A stretch of DNA of 46,401 nt. It comes from a virus. The stretch's first letter is position 1; the number at the start of each line of letters is the position of its first letter. Location: positions 1 to 46,401 of IMG/VR virus record IMGVR_UViG_3300037473_000190. One strand, given 5' to 3'. Shown piece by piece: positions 8,146 to 16,614 of this stretch. Made by a program: the position numbers and the translations under genes. The notes below the pieces were generated by a model. The model had not been told where the DNA came from. It did no database searches and worked only from the letters and a program-made list of their open reading frames with translations.

Positions 8146-8700
8146 TTAGACCCGCGTGCGGATGATCTTGCAGAGCTTCTGCCCGTTCGAAAGCGTGGCA
8201 CCGGCCCAGTCCGTCGAGGCGTTCGGGTCGATCGCTTTGAACTTGTACGGAAACTCATGCGTGTCTTCGGCCTTCACACCGACCGCGATCGTGCCTTCGC
8301 CGATCACCTTGAAGATGTGCAGATCGATCGTCGATCCGTCGGCGGCGATGTGGACGAACCGCAGCGCGCGCTTGTTGACCGTCGGCTTCCCGCCCATGCG
8401 GAAAATCTCGTCCGCGCCGGACACGGACGTCGAACCGTCTCCGATCACGTACGCGAGCATGTCGAGGTTCCACTCGATGCCGTTGATCTCGAACATGAGA
8501 TCCTCGGCCTTCACGAGCGCGTCGATGATCGTCTGCGGCGAACCCTGCCGCACTTCCACCTGCTCACGCTTGAACGTGATCGCCGCGTCGCCTTTGACGT
8601 AACCGACCTCGATCGCGGGCGTCGAACCGGCGGCGCCCAAGTACAGGCGACCGGGTCCGATCGAGACGCGCGTGAAATCCCCCGAAGGGTTGTTATACAT
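8146..8700 (-). CDS. Major tail (tube) protein
   Basis: 184 aa, immediately upstream of the chaperone pair, with a beta-rich composition. No sheath gene is nearby. Confidence 0.7.
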   Translation of the reverse strand: MYNNPSGDFTRVSIGPGRLYLGAAGSTPAIEVGYVKGDAAITFKREQVEVRQGSPQTIIDALVKAEDLMFEINGIEWNLDMLAYVIGDGSTSVSGADEIFRMGGKPTVNKRALRFVHIAADGSTIDLHIFKVIGEGTIAVGVKAEDTHEFPYKFKAIDPNASTDWAGATLSNGQKLCKIIRTRV

Positions 8701-8709
8701 GATTCACTC

Positions 8710-9018
8710 CTATCCTTTTATGCTGCCTTCTTCAAACGGCGGTCGTCGCAGCCACCGAACGAACTTCGCTTCGACAATGTTCACGATGCCCTTCACACTC
8801 GCGGCTTCTGCCGGATTCGCCGCTTCGAACTTCTCGTCGCAGCAGTAATTCGGCGCGCCACACCCGCGGCAGATGATCGTAACGATCCCGCCGCGAACGT
8901 AAAAATAAGTGTCCTTGTTCTTCACCATGATCTCGGCGCGGTCCGTCATGGCGATGATGAAATTGCACTTGCCGCACACGATCTTGAAAAGCTCCTGCTC
9001 CTTCGCTTCGGTCTTCAT
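8710..9018 (-). CDS. Small zinc-ribbon protein (102 aa, CxxC...CxxC)
   Basis: ATG at 9018 (MKTEAKEQ) forms an ATGA overlap with the upstream stop. Cys pairs: CGKC and CRGC, followed by CC. Confidence 0.6.
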   Translation of the reverse strand: MKTEAKEQELFKIVCGKCNFIIAMTDRAEIMVKNKDTYFYVRGGIVTIICRGCGAPNYCCDEKFEAANPAEAASVKGIVNIVEAKFVRWLRRPPFEEGSIKG

Positions 9019-9473
9019 ATCGCTGCGCGCACCCTCCACCTTGACGGATAATGTAGCACGCCGTCGGCCGTCTCGTACATCTGCGGGCCCTCGAGCGTGT
9101 TCGTGATCTCGAATATCTTGATGCCGATCGTGTTGTCCCACCCGCCGTTCCGGTGAAGCTCGTTCGAAATGGCCTGCTGCACTTCCATGACGTCGTCCCA
9201 CGTCGCACCGTCCTTGCCGCCCTGCCCGGCCCCCTTCATCCAGATGTCGATCTGAAGCGAAAGCGTGGTCATGCCGCCCTCGGTCACCGCGCGCGCGCCC
9301 GAGGACACCATGATCGAGATCGCCGGGAAAGCCGCGTCGACCACCGTCGAGATGTGCGCGCCGTAGATCCTGGCATTCGCACCCGACCCGACCCGCGACG
9401 TGATGTCGGAAACGGTCTTAAGCTTCGCGATGATCTTCTCGATGACCCGCGCCGCGACCGATGCCGTGCTCAC
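9015..9473 (-). CDS. Tail completion / tail terminator-like protein (DUF3168-like)
   Basis: GTG at 9473 forms a GTGA overlap with the upstream stop. It sits between the gp10-like and tail tube genes. The pattern ARIYGAHI...FPAISIMVSSG...LSLQIDIW resembles tail completion proteins. Confidence 0.55.
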   Translation of the reverse strand: MSTASVAARVIEKIIAKLKTVSDITSRVGSGANARIYGAHISTVVDAAFPAISIMVSSGARAVTEGGMTTLSLQIDIWMKGAGQGGKDGATWDDVMEVQQAISNELHRNGGWDNTIGIKIFEITNTLEGPQMYETADGVLHYPSRWRVRAAI

Positions 9474-9976
9474 AACTTCACCTTTTCGCCGTTGAAGCTC
9501 ACGATCGTGTTCTTCATCGATGCCCGCAGAAGGTCGAACGCCTGCTCCCGGCACTCCTCGAGCGAGCCCGTGAGGAAGTCGCGCGGGATCATCTTCGACG
9601 TCCCGAGGATGACGAACAGCGCGTGGTCGACGCTCTCCGAAACCCCGACGTACGCCTCGGCCGTGAGCTTGCCGCCGCCCGTCACCGTCGCGTCCTCCGT
9701 GCCGGAGAACTTCGACGCGAGCAGCTCCCCGCTCTGCGTGTGGACGGCGTACTGCGGGTCATGGATCGCCTGCGGCGCGCGCCGGGCGTACGGATGCCCG
9801 AGCGCCGCAAGGTCATCGAGCGAATGATCGCCGAGAGAGATCCTCGACATGACCTTCGAATCGAGGAGTGAAGCGACCTTCCGCATGTCGCGGTTCACGC
9901 CTTCGAGGAAACGGCGCTGCACGGCGCGCATGTTCCGCGCGACCGTTTCCCCGCCGATGACCGAGGCGCGCGCCAT
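9470..9976 (-). CDS. HK97 gp10-like head-tail joining (head closure) protein
   Basis: 168 aa. The motif ILGTSKMIPRDFL resembles the GT..M.aRPfl signature of HK97 gp10 family proteins. Confidence 0.65.
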   Translation of the reverse strand: MARASVIGGETVARNMRAVQRRFLEGVNRDMRKVASLLDSKVMSRISLGDHSLDDLAALGHPYARRAPQAIHDPQYAVHTQSGELLASKFSGTEDATVTGGGKLTAEAYVGVSESVDHALFVILGTSKMIPRDFLTGSLEECREQAFDLLRASMKNTIVSFNGEKVKL

Positions 9977-12382
9977 TTAGCCGACCTTCTTCATGCCGAA
10001 CTCGAATTTATTGAGCATGTCCAGGATCTCGTTGATCTTGTTGTTCTTTTTGTATGACTCCGGGATGTCCTGCATCGCGCCCGCGAGGAGCTTCTTCGCC
10101 TCGTTCAGGTGATGAAACCCGAGGTTCTGCTTTGAACGCCAGAACGCCGGGTCGAGCTCGAGCGTCTTCTTGTAGCACTCTATGCCCTTCTCGGTGTCGC
10201 CGTCGTTAAGGTAATGCAGTGCCATGTTGAAAAGCGGCCGCGGGTCCTTCTCGCCCGAGATCGCGAACTGCCGCATGTTGATCTTCTCGTAGCGGTTGAT
10301 CTTCTCGCGCACGCGGTCCTGCGTCTTGAGATAGCCCCGATGATGCAGCGCGACCGGGGATTGAACGACGTAACCCCGATGCGCCCGGCAGCGTGCGGCG
10401 ATCGATTCCTCGAGCGATTCGTGGACGAGGCCCGAGTAAAAGATTTCGGGAATGTTCCGGTAAAGCCGGATCGTCTCCGAGATCGAGTACTCGTTTTCCT
10501 GCGGCTTGTTGGACTTCGGCATCGAGAGATAATTGATGACGGAAAAAAGGAACCCGTCGCACTCCTCGTCGATGAAGTTGAACAGCTTGTGGACGTCCTC
10601 CTGCATGAAAAGCTCGTCGCAGTCCATGTTGAGAATCCACGCGCCGCGGCATTGCATCTTCGCCCAGTTCTTCGCCTCGGAGTAATTGAGCAGCCGGCCG
10701 TTTTCGTCGACGTCGAACTTCTTCTCGAAGATCCTCACCTTGCGGTTAAAAAGCCGCCCGAAGCGGATCACCTCGTCGATCGTGTGGTCCGTCGACCCGG
10801 TGTCCACGATGACGATCTCGTCGGCGATCGGCTCGATGTTCGTGAGCATCTGCCCGATGAGCTCCTCCTCGTCCTTGCACACCACCATGACGGAGATGTC
10901 GTTCTTCTCGCGGTAATTCTTCACCGTGACGTTCTTGTCGATGAGGTGATGATAATCCTCGTTGCCTACGTCAGCCCGAACAGGGCGCGGATCCGCATTT
11001 CGATAGAACTCATATTTGCGCTTTCTCTGCGCCTCGGTGTCGTACCCCAGATGCTTGACCCGGATGTTGAGCCACGATACGTTTTCCGGGGGAATCGACG
11101 GCGCACTCCCGCAATGATGGTTATACACGTTTGAATTTTCCCGGATCCGCATGCCGGGAAGTACTCGGAAGAACCGGCAATTCTGGAACCCTCCGAAAAT
11201 TCCGTCAGCACGATATTTCTCGACACCGTTTTCTTCCTCCCAGATCGTGCGCCAGAAGTACGAATAGCCCATGATCTGCGGGTTCTTCGGACGGATGAGC
11301 TCGGGCGCCATGTTGACGAACTTGTCCTCGTACACCTCGTCGCCGTCGATCGAGATGATCCAGTCCGCGCCGCGCGCGATCGCCGCCTGCAGGAGCCAGT
11401 CCCGCTCGGCCTGCTCGTCGAACGGGTGCGCGTCTTCGTGCCACTCCTCCCAGAACTTCACCTTCGGGAACGACAGCGCGATCTCTTTCGTGCGGTCCTT
11501 CGACCGGGCGAAAAGGCAGATGATCTCGTCCGCGAACTTCGACGTCTGCTCGAGCGACTTCGCGATGTACGCCTCGCAGTTGGCGATGCGGTAGACCGCG
11601 ATGAGCTTCGGCTTCTCGGCGGCCGCCCACTTCGCGTAAAAGAGCTCCTGGTTCTTGCGGCCGTTCAAGAGGTAGTCGCTGTAAAATTTGTCCTTCATGG
11701 ACGCCTTGAAACTGCGCTGCCCGATGTGGTAAATGTACGTCCCGAAGTCAATGAAAATCCGAAGCCCTTTCGTACGCGCGCGCATGCAAAGGTCGTTGTC
11801 CTCGAATGCGTTCACGAACTGCGGGTCGAACGCGTACTCCTCGCCTTCGAGGAATTCGCGCGACACGAACATGCACCACCCGAACACGAGGCCCGCCTCC
11901 TGGTACTTCCCGGCATTGGCGCGCGTCCACTCGAGCGCCGCCTCGTCGAAATTGCGGCCGTTTCGGATGTCGCCGACCATTTGACGGCCTGCGGAATTCG
12001 ATCCGCACGGCCCGACGATCGCGATCTTCTCGTCGTGGCGCATGCAGATGTCGAGCATCTCGATCCACTTCGCCGTGACGATCGTGTCCGAATTGAGGAA
12101 CACGATGCGCTCGCCCTCCGCGAGCTCGACGCCCTGGTTGTTCGCGGGCCCGAAGTTGCGGTTGTCGGGGTTCTCGATGAGCTTGACGTTCTTGTGCCGC
12201 GCGGCAAGCTCTCTCAAATACCCGACGCTCCCGTCGGTCGATCCGTTGTCGACCACGATGAGCTCGAAGTTTTCCGTGTTACGAAACACCGAGTCCACGC
12301 ACCGGGCCGTGTCTTCGATCGTGTTGAAGCTCACCACGATCACCGAAGCTTTTACGCCTTCTCTCTGAGGCATGAGTCGCAT
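9977..12382 (-). CDS. Multidomain glycosyltransferase: three tandem GT2-like domains plus a C-terminal TPR-like region (801 aa)
   Basis: Domain 1 (aa 12-230): SVIVVSFN...VVDNGSTDGS...FLNSDT. Domain 2 (aa 258-460, divergent): IAVYRIAN...ISIDGDEV...VKHLGY. Domain 3 (aa 495-690): SVMVVCKDEE...IVDTGSTDHT...NMDCDELF...LHHRGY. TPR-like tail: ALHYLNDGDTEKGIECYKKTLELDPAFWRS. Confidence 0.8.
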   Translation of the reverse strand: MRLMPQREGVKASVIVVSFNTIEDTARCVDSVFRNTENFELIVVDNGSTDGSVGYLRELAARHKNVKLIENPDNRNFGPANNQGVELAEGERIVFLNSDTIVTAKWIEMLDICMRHDEKIAIVGPCGSNSAGRQMVGDIRNGRNFDEAALEWTRANAGKYQEAGLVFGWCMFVSREFLEGEEYAFDPQFVNAFEDNDLCMRARTKGLRIFIDFGTYIYHIGQRSFKASMKDKFYSDYLLNGRKNQELFYAKWAAAEKPKLIAVYRIANCEAYIAKSLEQTSKFADEIICLFARSKDRTKEIALSFPKVKFWEEWHEDAHPFDEQAERDWLLQAAIARGADWIISIDGDEVYEDKFVNMAPELIRPKNPQIMGYSYFWRTIWEEENGVEKYRADGIFGGFQNCRFFRVLPGMRIRENSNVYNHHCGSAPSIPPENVSWLNIRVKHLGYDTEAQRKRKYEFYRNADPRPVRADVGNEDYHHLIDKNVTVKNYREKNDISVMVVCKDEEELIGQMLTNIEPIADEIVIVDTGSTDHTIDEVIRFGRLFNRKVRIFEKKFDVDENGRLLNYSEAKNWAKMQCRGAWILNMDCDELFMQEDVHKLFNFIDEECDGFLFSVINYLSMPKSNKPQENEYSISETIRLYRNIPEIFYSGLVHESLEESIAARCRAHRGYVVQSPVALHHRGYLKTQDRVREKINRYEKINMRQFAISGEKDPRPLFNMALHYLNDGDTEKGIECYKKTLELDPAFWRSKQNLGFHHLNEAKKLLAGAMQDIPESYKKNNKINEILDMLNKFEFGMKKVG

Positions 12383-12384
12383 GA

Positions 12385-12891
12385 TTATAAATTCTCCTGT
12401 TTTTTTTCCGCTATTCCCACGCAGTCGTCCGCGTAGCTGAAAATCTCGAGCTCACGAAGTCCCGCGTCTTCGATCAAAACCCGCATGCCGTCATCCAGAA
12501 TTCGCCAACAGTCAAGCGGGCAAAGCTCCCCCTTATGAACGAAAAAACTCCACGGCGCGATGAGACAGATGATGCCGCCCGGCTTAAGCACGCGCGCGAT
12601 CTCTTTCACCGTGTTCCACGGACGCCTGCAGTGCTCGAGCGTCTGCCCCGAGATCACGACGTCGAACTCGGCGTCCTTGAACGGAAAAACGTCTTCCTTG
12701 TTCGACACCACGTCGACGCCTTCGCCGGGCGCCGCATCGAGTCCGACATGCTCCGTCACCACGCCGTTGAAAATATGCCGATACGACCCGTTGATGTCCT
12801 GGCTCCCGACGTCAAGAAGCCGCTTCCCGGCGAGCCGGTCCGCGTATTTATTCTTGAATTCGGCCATGAGCTTTAAGCTGTCCGGGTGCAT
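12385..12891 (-). CDS. Class I SAM-dependent methyltransferase (168 aa)
   Basis: ATG at 12891 (MHPDSL) overlaps the upstream TAA by 1 nt (TAATG). Motif I is RLLDVGSQD; the post-I acidic residue and the later motif VLKPGGIICL are also present. Confidence 0.75.
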   Translation of the reverse strand: MHPDSLKLMAEFKNKYADRLAGKRLLDVGSQDINGSYRHIFNGVVTEHVGLDAAPGEGVDVVSNKEDVFPFKDAEFDVVISGQTLEHCRRPWNTVKEIARVLKPGGIICLIAPWSFFVHKGELCPLDCWRILDDGMRVLIEDAGLRELEIFSYADDCVGIAEKKQENL

Positions 12892-13259
12892 TATGCGACC
12901 TTCTCCACAAGCGCCTCGATGTGATGTGTGTTGCCGTCGAAGTCGAACATCGGCTCGACCTCCGTAACGCGGCCGAGCGTGAGCCCGACGATCACCGACA
13001 CCGGATAAAGAAGATCGCCGACCTGCACGTCTTCGTTGTACCTGGCGAACATCCGGTAATCGCCGTACTTGAAATCTCCGGGCTCTTTTCTTTTCTGCAG
13101 CCCCGAGATCGTTTCCCAGTAGCACGACATGGCGGCCGCGATGACGGTCTCGCCAGTCCACCGCCGGTCCCCCATGGCCGTGGCCGTGTATCCGGTGCGC
13201 CGCGCCACCTTGACGGTGTGGTTCAGAATGAGGCGAAACTCGTCCTCAAACCTCGGCAC
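12891..13259 (-). CDS. Head-tail adaptor-like small structural protein (122 aa)
   Basis: GTG at 13259 lies 6 nt after an AGGAGG SD. Size and position between connector-type genes fit an adaptor. No enzymatic motifs were seen. The longer track ORF upstream is R/S-rich shadow. Confidence 0.45.
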   Translation of the reverse strand: MPRFEDEFRLILNHTVKVARRTGYTATAMGDRRWTGETVIAAAMSCYWETISGLQKRKEPGDFKYGDYRMFARYNEDVQVGDLLYPVSVIVGLTLGRVTEVEPMFDFDGNTHHIEALVEKVA

Positions 13260-14319
13260 CCTGCGCCTCCTGGGGTTCCATGTTGAGCAGGTCGAGTCCG
13301 TTCTCGACCGCGAGCTTCTGGTAAAGCTCGGAATACCGCCGCGACATTTCGCGCTCGGTGAAATGCGCGAGCACGTGCTCCTGCCCGCGCTGCGCGAACT
13401 CCTCGCGGATCGACGGCCTCTCGCGCAGATAGATCGCGCGCGCGGCGAGCTGCTCGACGTCGTGTTCCTTGACGAGCATCGCGTTCCCGAGGAGCAGCTC
13501 CCGCGTGACCGCGTTCTCCCACGTGAGCACCGCCACGCCGGACGCGGCCGCCTCGAGCAGCACGAGCCCGAAGCCCTCCGTCGCCGACGGATACATGAAA
13601 AGGTCCATGGCTGAATACACGGTGCGCGCGTCGTCCGTCTCTCCGGTGAAAACGACGTTCTTGAGCGGGAACGATGCCGCCATGACCTTGATCTTGCCGA
13701 GATACCCCTTCGCGTTCGAGGCCTCCCCGCCACCGATCAGGATCCACGTGTCCGGGTGCTGCTGCTGGATGATCCAACACGCCGCGAGGAACTGCTCCAC
13801 GCCCTTGTCGTACCCGAGGCGCCCCATGCGCCCGATGACGTACGCGTCGCGCGGGATGCCGAGCTTTTCCTTGTAATCGGCCGGCGTCATGTCTTCCGGC
13901 GTCTCGAGACGATCGACGTCGACGCCGTTATAGATCGTCGTGCATTTCCGGTTCATCTTCGAAACGACGCACGACACGCCGATGCGCTGCCACACGAACT
14001 TTTCGCGGACGGCCGACACGATCGGCGAATGCACGGTCTCGACGGTGCAGATCGATCCCTGCACGCTCGTCGCGATGTTGGACGGCTCGCCGCCAGTGTG
14101 CACGTGGATGATGTCCATGACGAGGTTGTGCTCGGTCTTCTTGTCTTCGACGAACACTTTCGCCCCCGCCGCCTCGAGAAGCGGCCGCATCGGGCCGTCT
14201 TTGTAGGTGTAGACGGAATGCTCGTTCGCCTTGTCGTGCTTCACGATCCCCAGAACGACGCGCTCCGCGCCGCCCATGTCGAGCTGATTCAGTTCGTGTA
14301 AGACCCTCATCGGCCTCAT
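13246..14319 (-). CDS. GT4-family (GT-B fold, Glycos_transf_1) glycosyltransferase
   Basis: C-terminal signature: YSAMDLFMYPSATEGFGLVLLEAAASGVAVL. The N-terminal part is GT-B-like (LNQLDMGGAERVV). The preferred start at 14319 lies 7 nt after GGAGG and forms an ATGA overlap with the upstream stop. Confidence 0.8.
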   Translation of the reverse strand: MRPMRVLHELNQLDMGGAERVVLGIVKHDKANEHSVYTYKDGPMRPLLEAAGAKVFVEDKKTEHNLVMDIIHVHTGGEPSNIATSVQGSICTVETVHSPIVSAVREKFVWQRIGVSCVVSKMNRKCTTIYNGVDVDRLETPEDMTPADYKEKLGIPRDAYVIGRMGRLGYDKGVEQFLAACWIIQQQHPDTWILIGGGEASNAKGYLGKIKVMAASFPLKNVVFTGETDDARTVYSAMDLFMYPSATEGFGLVLLEAAASGVAVLTWENAVTRELLLGNAMLVKEHDVEQLAARAIYLRERPSIREEFAQRGQEHVLAHFTEREMSRRYSELYQKLAVENGLDLLNMEPQEAQGAEV

Positions 14320-14891
14320 TCGCATGCCTCCTTGTTGACGTACACCGCACCGAACCCCGCATCGCCGTGAACGGGGAGACTGATCTTCGGATGCCCCGGA
14401 TTAAAGCTCGTCCAGAACTCCCGCATTCTTTCGTTCAAAGAAATGTCGTCGAAAAAAACGATCGCGCGCCGCGCGAGCTTCGGATACCACGCCTGGAACT
14501 CCATGAGCGGCTGCAGTCCGTTGTGCTCGGTGTCGATGAAAAGAAGCTCGATCCCCTTGTGCTCCGTCGGCTTCAAGCTGTCGCCGAGAAGATACGTCAC
14601 GTTCGGGCGGCGCGTCTTTTCGTACACCTGGTCCCCGATGTCGATCGTCACCACCTGCCCGGACGGATTGCCCTCCGCGAGGCACATCGAAGACGTCCCG
14701 CGCCACGTGCCGAGCTCCACCATGAGCGACGGACGGAAGCGATCGGCGATGAGGTACAGAAAGCGGTAATACGCCGAGCTCCAGTTCTCGTCGACCTTAA
14801 GCCATTCCGGCACCGCAAGCGAGGCCGATTCCTGCGCGATGCTCTCGATGAGGTGCTGCACGCTCATTTTCGGATCGTCCCCCAGAATCAT
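14316..14891 (-). CDS. Class I SAM-dependent methyltransferase, O-methyltransferase / CmcI-like (191 aa)
   Basis: ATG at 14891 forms an ATGA overlap. Motif I is MVELGTWRGTSS. VVTIDI and LLFIDTEHN are typical of sugar O-methyltransferase-like enzymes. Confidence 0.65.
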   Translation of the reverse strand: MILGDDPKMSVQHLIESIAQESASLAVPEWLKVDENWSSAYYRFLYLIADRFRPSLMVELGTWRGTSSMCLAEGNPSGQVVTIDIGDQVYEKTRRPNVTYLLGDSLKPTEHKGIELLFIDTEHNGLQPLMEFQAWYPKLARRAIVFFDDISLNERMREFWTSFNPGHPKISLPVHGDAGFGAVYVNKEACE

Positions 14892-15604
14892 CCGAGCCTG
14901 CTTACTTCTGCCGCCGACAGCTGATCTTTCACGGAAACCCCCTCGCATTTTAGTCCGATGAACGGCGTGATCGACACGACGTCCGCTCCGTAAACTTCCT
15001 TCACGCGCGCGCGGACCGCCGAGAGCTCTCGGACGTTCCGCACGAACGCGTCGTTCATGTGAAGCCGCCACGCCTCGATCGACCCCGACGCCTGCATCTG
15101 CGGGATCTCCGCGCGGTTGAAGTACTCCCCGAAATTCACCTTGCCCTCGATCGCCGCGCAGTCCACGCCGATGAGGAAAATCGTCTTGGCGCCCAGGTGT
15201 GCCGCGAGGTTCACGGCCGCGACCGAGATCGTGTTCCCGAGGCAAAGCCGGTCATCGCTGCCGAGGTCCTCGAGGTTCTTCTCGAAGTCGAAAACCTTCC
15301 CGGTGCCGAACACGAAATAATCTTCCGGCGTCTCGACGTCGTTCGGCGTGCCGCCGCCTTCATGCAGGTCGAGGGCCGACACGACGCATTTCAGCCCCTG
15401 CCCGCGCGCGCGGGTAAACGTGTCGGCGTGGGTGCAGATCATGAAATCCGCGCGAACCCACTTCCACACGTCGTTCATCGCGATGACCTTCTTTCCTTCG
15501 AGGAACCCGAGGCCGCGGAACCTGTCGACGCTCGAGCCCGAGCCCACGACGTACACGTCCTCGCCCTTCCAGATTCCCTTAAGGTCCGCGATGCTCTTTT
15601 TCAT
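14888..15604 (-). CDS. DUF115 / MptE-like domain protein (Maf-type putative glycosyltransferase)
   Basis: GEDVYVVGSGSSVDRF...KKVIAMNDV...ADFMICTHAD and GNTISVAAVNLAAHLGAKTIFLIGVDCA match the two conserved blocks of the DUF115 family as I recall them. Confidence 0.65.
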   Translation of the reverse strand: MKKSIADLKGIWKGEDVYVVGSGSSVDRFRGLGFLEGKKVIAMNDVWKWVRADFMICTHADTFTRARGQGLKCVVSALDLHEGGGTPNDVETPEDYFVFGTGKVFDFEKNLEDLGSDDRLCLGNTISVAAVNLAAHLGAKTIFLIGVDCAAIEGKVNFGEYFNRAEIPQMQASGSIEAWRLHMNDAFVRNVRELSAVRARVKEVYGADVVSITPFIGLKCEGVSVKDQLSAAEVSRLG

Positions 15605-16158
15605 CGGTCACCGTGTCCTTCGTGGACGTTCTCGTACGACCCGCCGACGAGCTGCCGGATCTTTCTGAACTCGATGACGAAAACCTCTTTCACGTGCGGC
15701 TTCACGACGCCGTGATCGTGCTCGATCGAGGAGCCGTTGAGCTGCCATGCGTGCGTGAGCTCGCCGTTCCAGTAGCTTCCGACCGGGACCGTGATGATGA
15801 CCTGCTTCGACGCGACGCGAAAAAGCTCCGCGAGCCCTTTGCCCGGGTTCGGCAGGTGCTCGAGGATCTCCGCACCGATCACCGTGTCGAACTCGCCGTC
15901 GGCGTACGGCAGCGCGTTGATGTCCGCGTTGACCGCCTCGATGCCGAACGTCTGCAGGGCCGCGTCGCGCGCTTCCTTGCGGTTGTCGACGGCCACGACC
16001 TCGAGGCCTTTTTCGATGAGCGCCTTCGCGACGAACCCCTCGTTGCACCCGACCTCGAGGACGCGCGGCCCCTCGGCCCGGTTCACGATCTCCTGCACAC
16101 GCGCGCGCACTACCGGGACGGTGCAGTGCGGGAAGTCGTACCACTTGTCGAGCGGCAT
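15601..16158 (-). CDS. Class I SAM-dependent methyltransferase (185 aa)
   Basis: Motif I is RVLEVGCNEG, followed by VVAVDN and DTVIGAEILEHLPNP (Methyltransf_11-like). Confidence 0.75.
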   Translation of the reverse strand: MPLDKWYDFPHCTVPVVRARVQEIVNRAEGPRVLEVGCNEGFVAKALIEKGLEVVAVDNRKEARDAALQTFGIEAVNADINALPYADGEFDTVIGAEILEHLPNPGKGLAELFRVASKQVIITVPVGSYWNGELTHAWQLNGSSIEHDHGVVKPHVKEVFVIEFRKIRQLVGGSYENVHEGHGDR

Positions 16159-16530
16159 TTATGCCTCGCCTCGAATGTCTTCGCGGTCCTGCAGCGCGCG
16201 CTCGTCGGCGGGCCCGAACGTCTGCTCCGCGACCGTGTCCCAGGGCACTTGACCGAGCTCGAGCAGCATCTTGGCACCTTCGCGCAGTTCCTTCGCGATC
16301 GACCGCGTGTCCTCGGCGTACTTCCCGGCCGACTTGTACTTCGCGAGCAACGCCTTCGAATGCGAGATCGCAAGCAGCGCGTTCGCGGCCGCGATCTTCA
16401 CGTCGTTGTCGTACAAATTGAGCAGTGCCGTGATTTCTTCGTCGGAGAAAAGAGCGTTCGAGCTGTCGGTGTCGCGGATCAGAAGCCGCACCTGTCCGAT
16501 GCTCGTCGTAAGCACATACGTGAAACTCAT
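16159..16530 (-). CDS. gp6-like head-tail connector protein
   Basis: 123 aa, the first gene after the major capsid gene. The N-terminal pattern IGQVRLLIRDTDSSNALFSDEEITALLNLY resembles the Phage_connect_1 family. GGAGGG SD present. Confidence 0.6.
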   Translation of the reverse strand: MSFTYVLTTSIGQVRLLIRDTDSSNALFSDEEITALLNLYDNDVKIAAANALLAISHSKALLAKYKSAGKYAEDTRSIAKELREGAKMLLELGQVPWDTVAEQTFGPADERALQDREDIRGEA

Positions 16531-16543
16531 GCCGCCCTCCTTA

Positions 16544-16592
16544 TAAAAAAATTCGCGGTGAGGCGGGGCGTTTCAAACCCCTCCCCACCGCG
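16544..16592 (-). terminator. Intrinsic terminator downstream of the major capsid gene
   Basis: Minus-strand RNA: CGCGGUGGGGAGGGG-loop-CCCCGCCUCACCGCG, a 15-bp stem with one G.U and one mismatch, followed by AAUUUUUUUAU. The next SD starts right after it, so read-through must occur. Confidence 0.75.
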
Positions 16593-16614
16593 AAACGAAA
16601 ACGCTTGCGGAACC

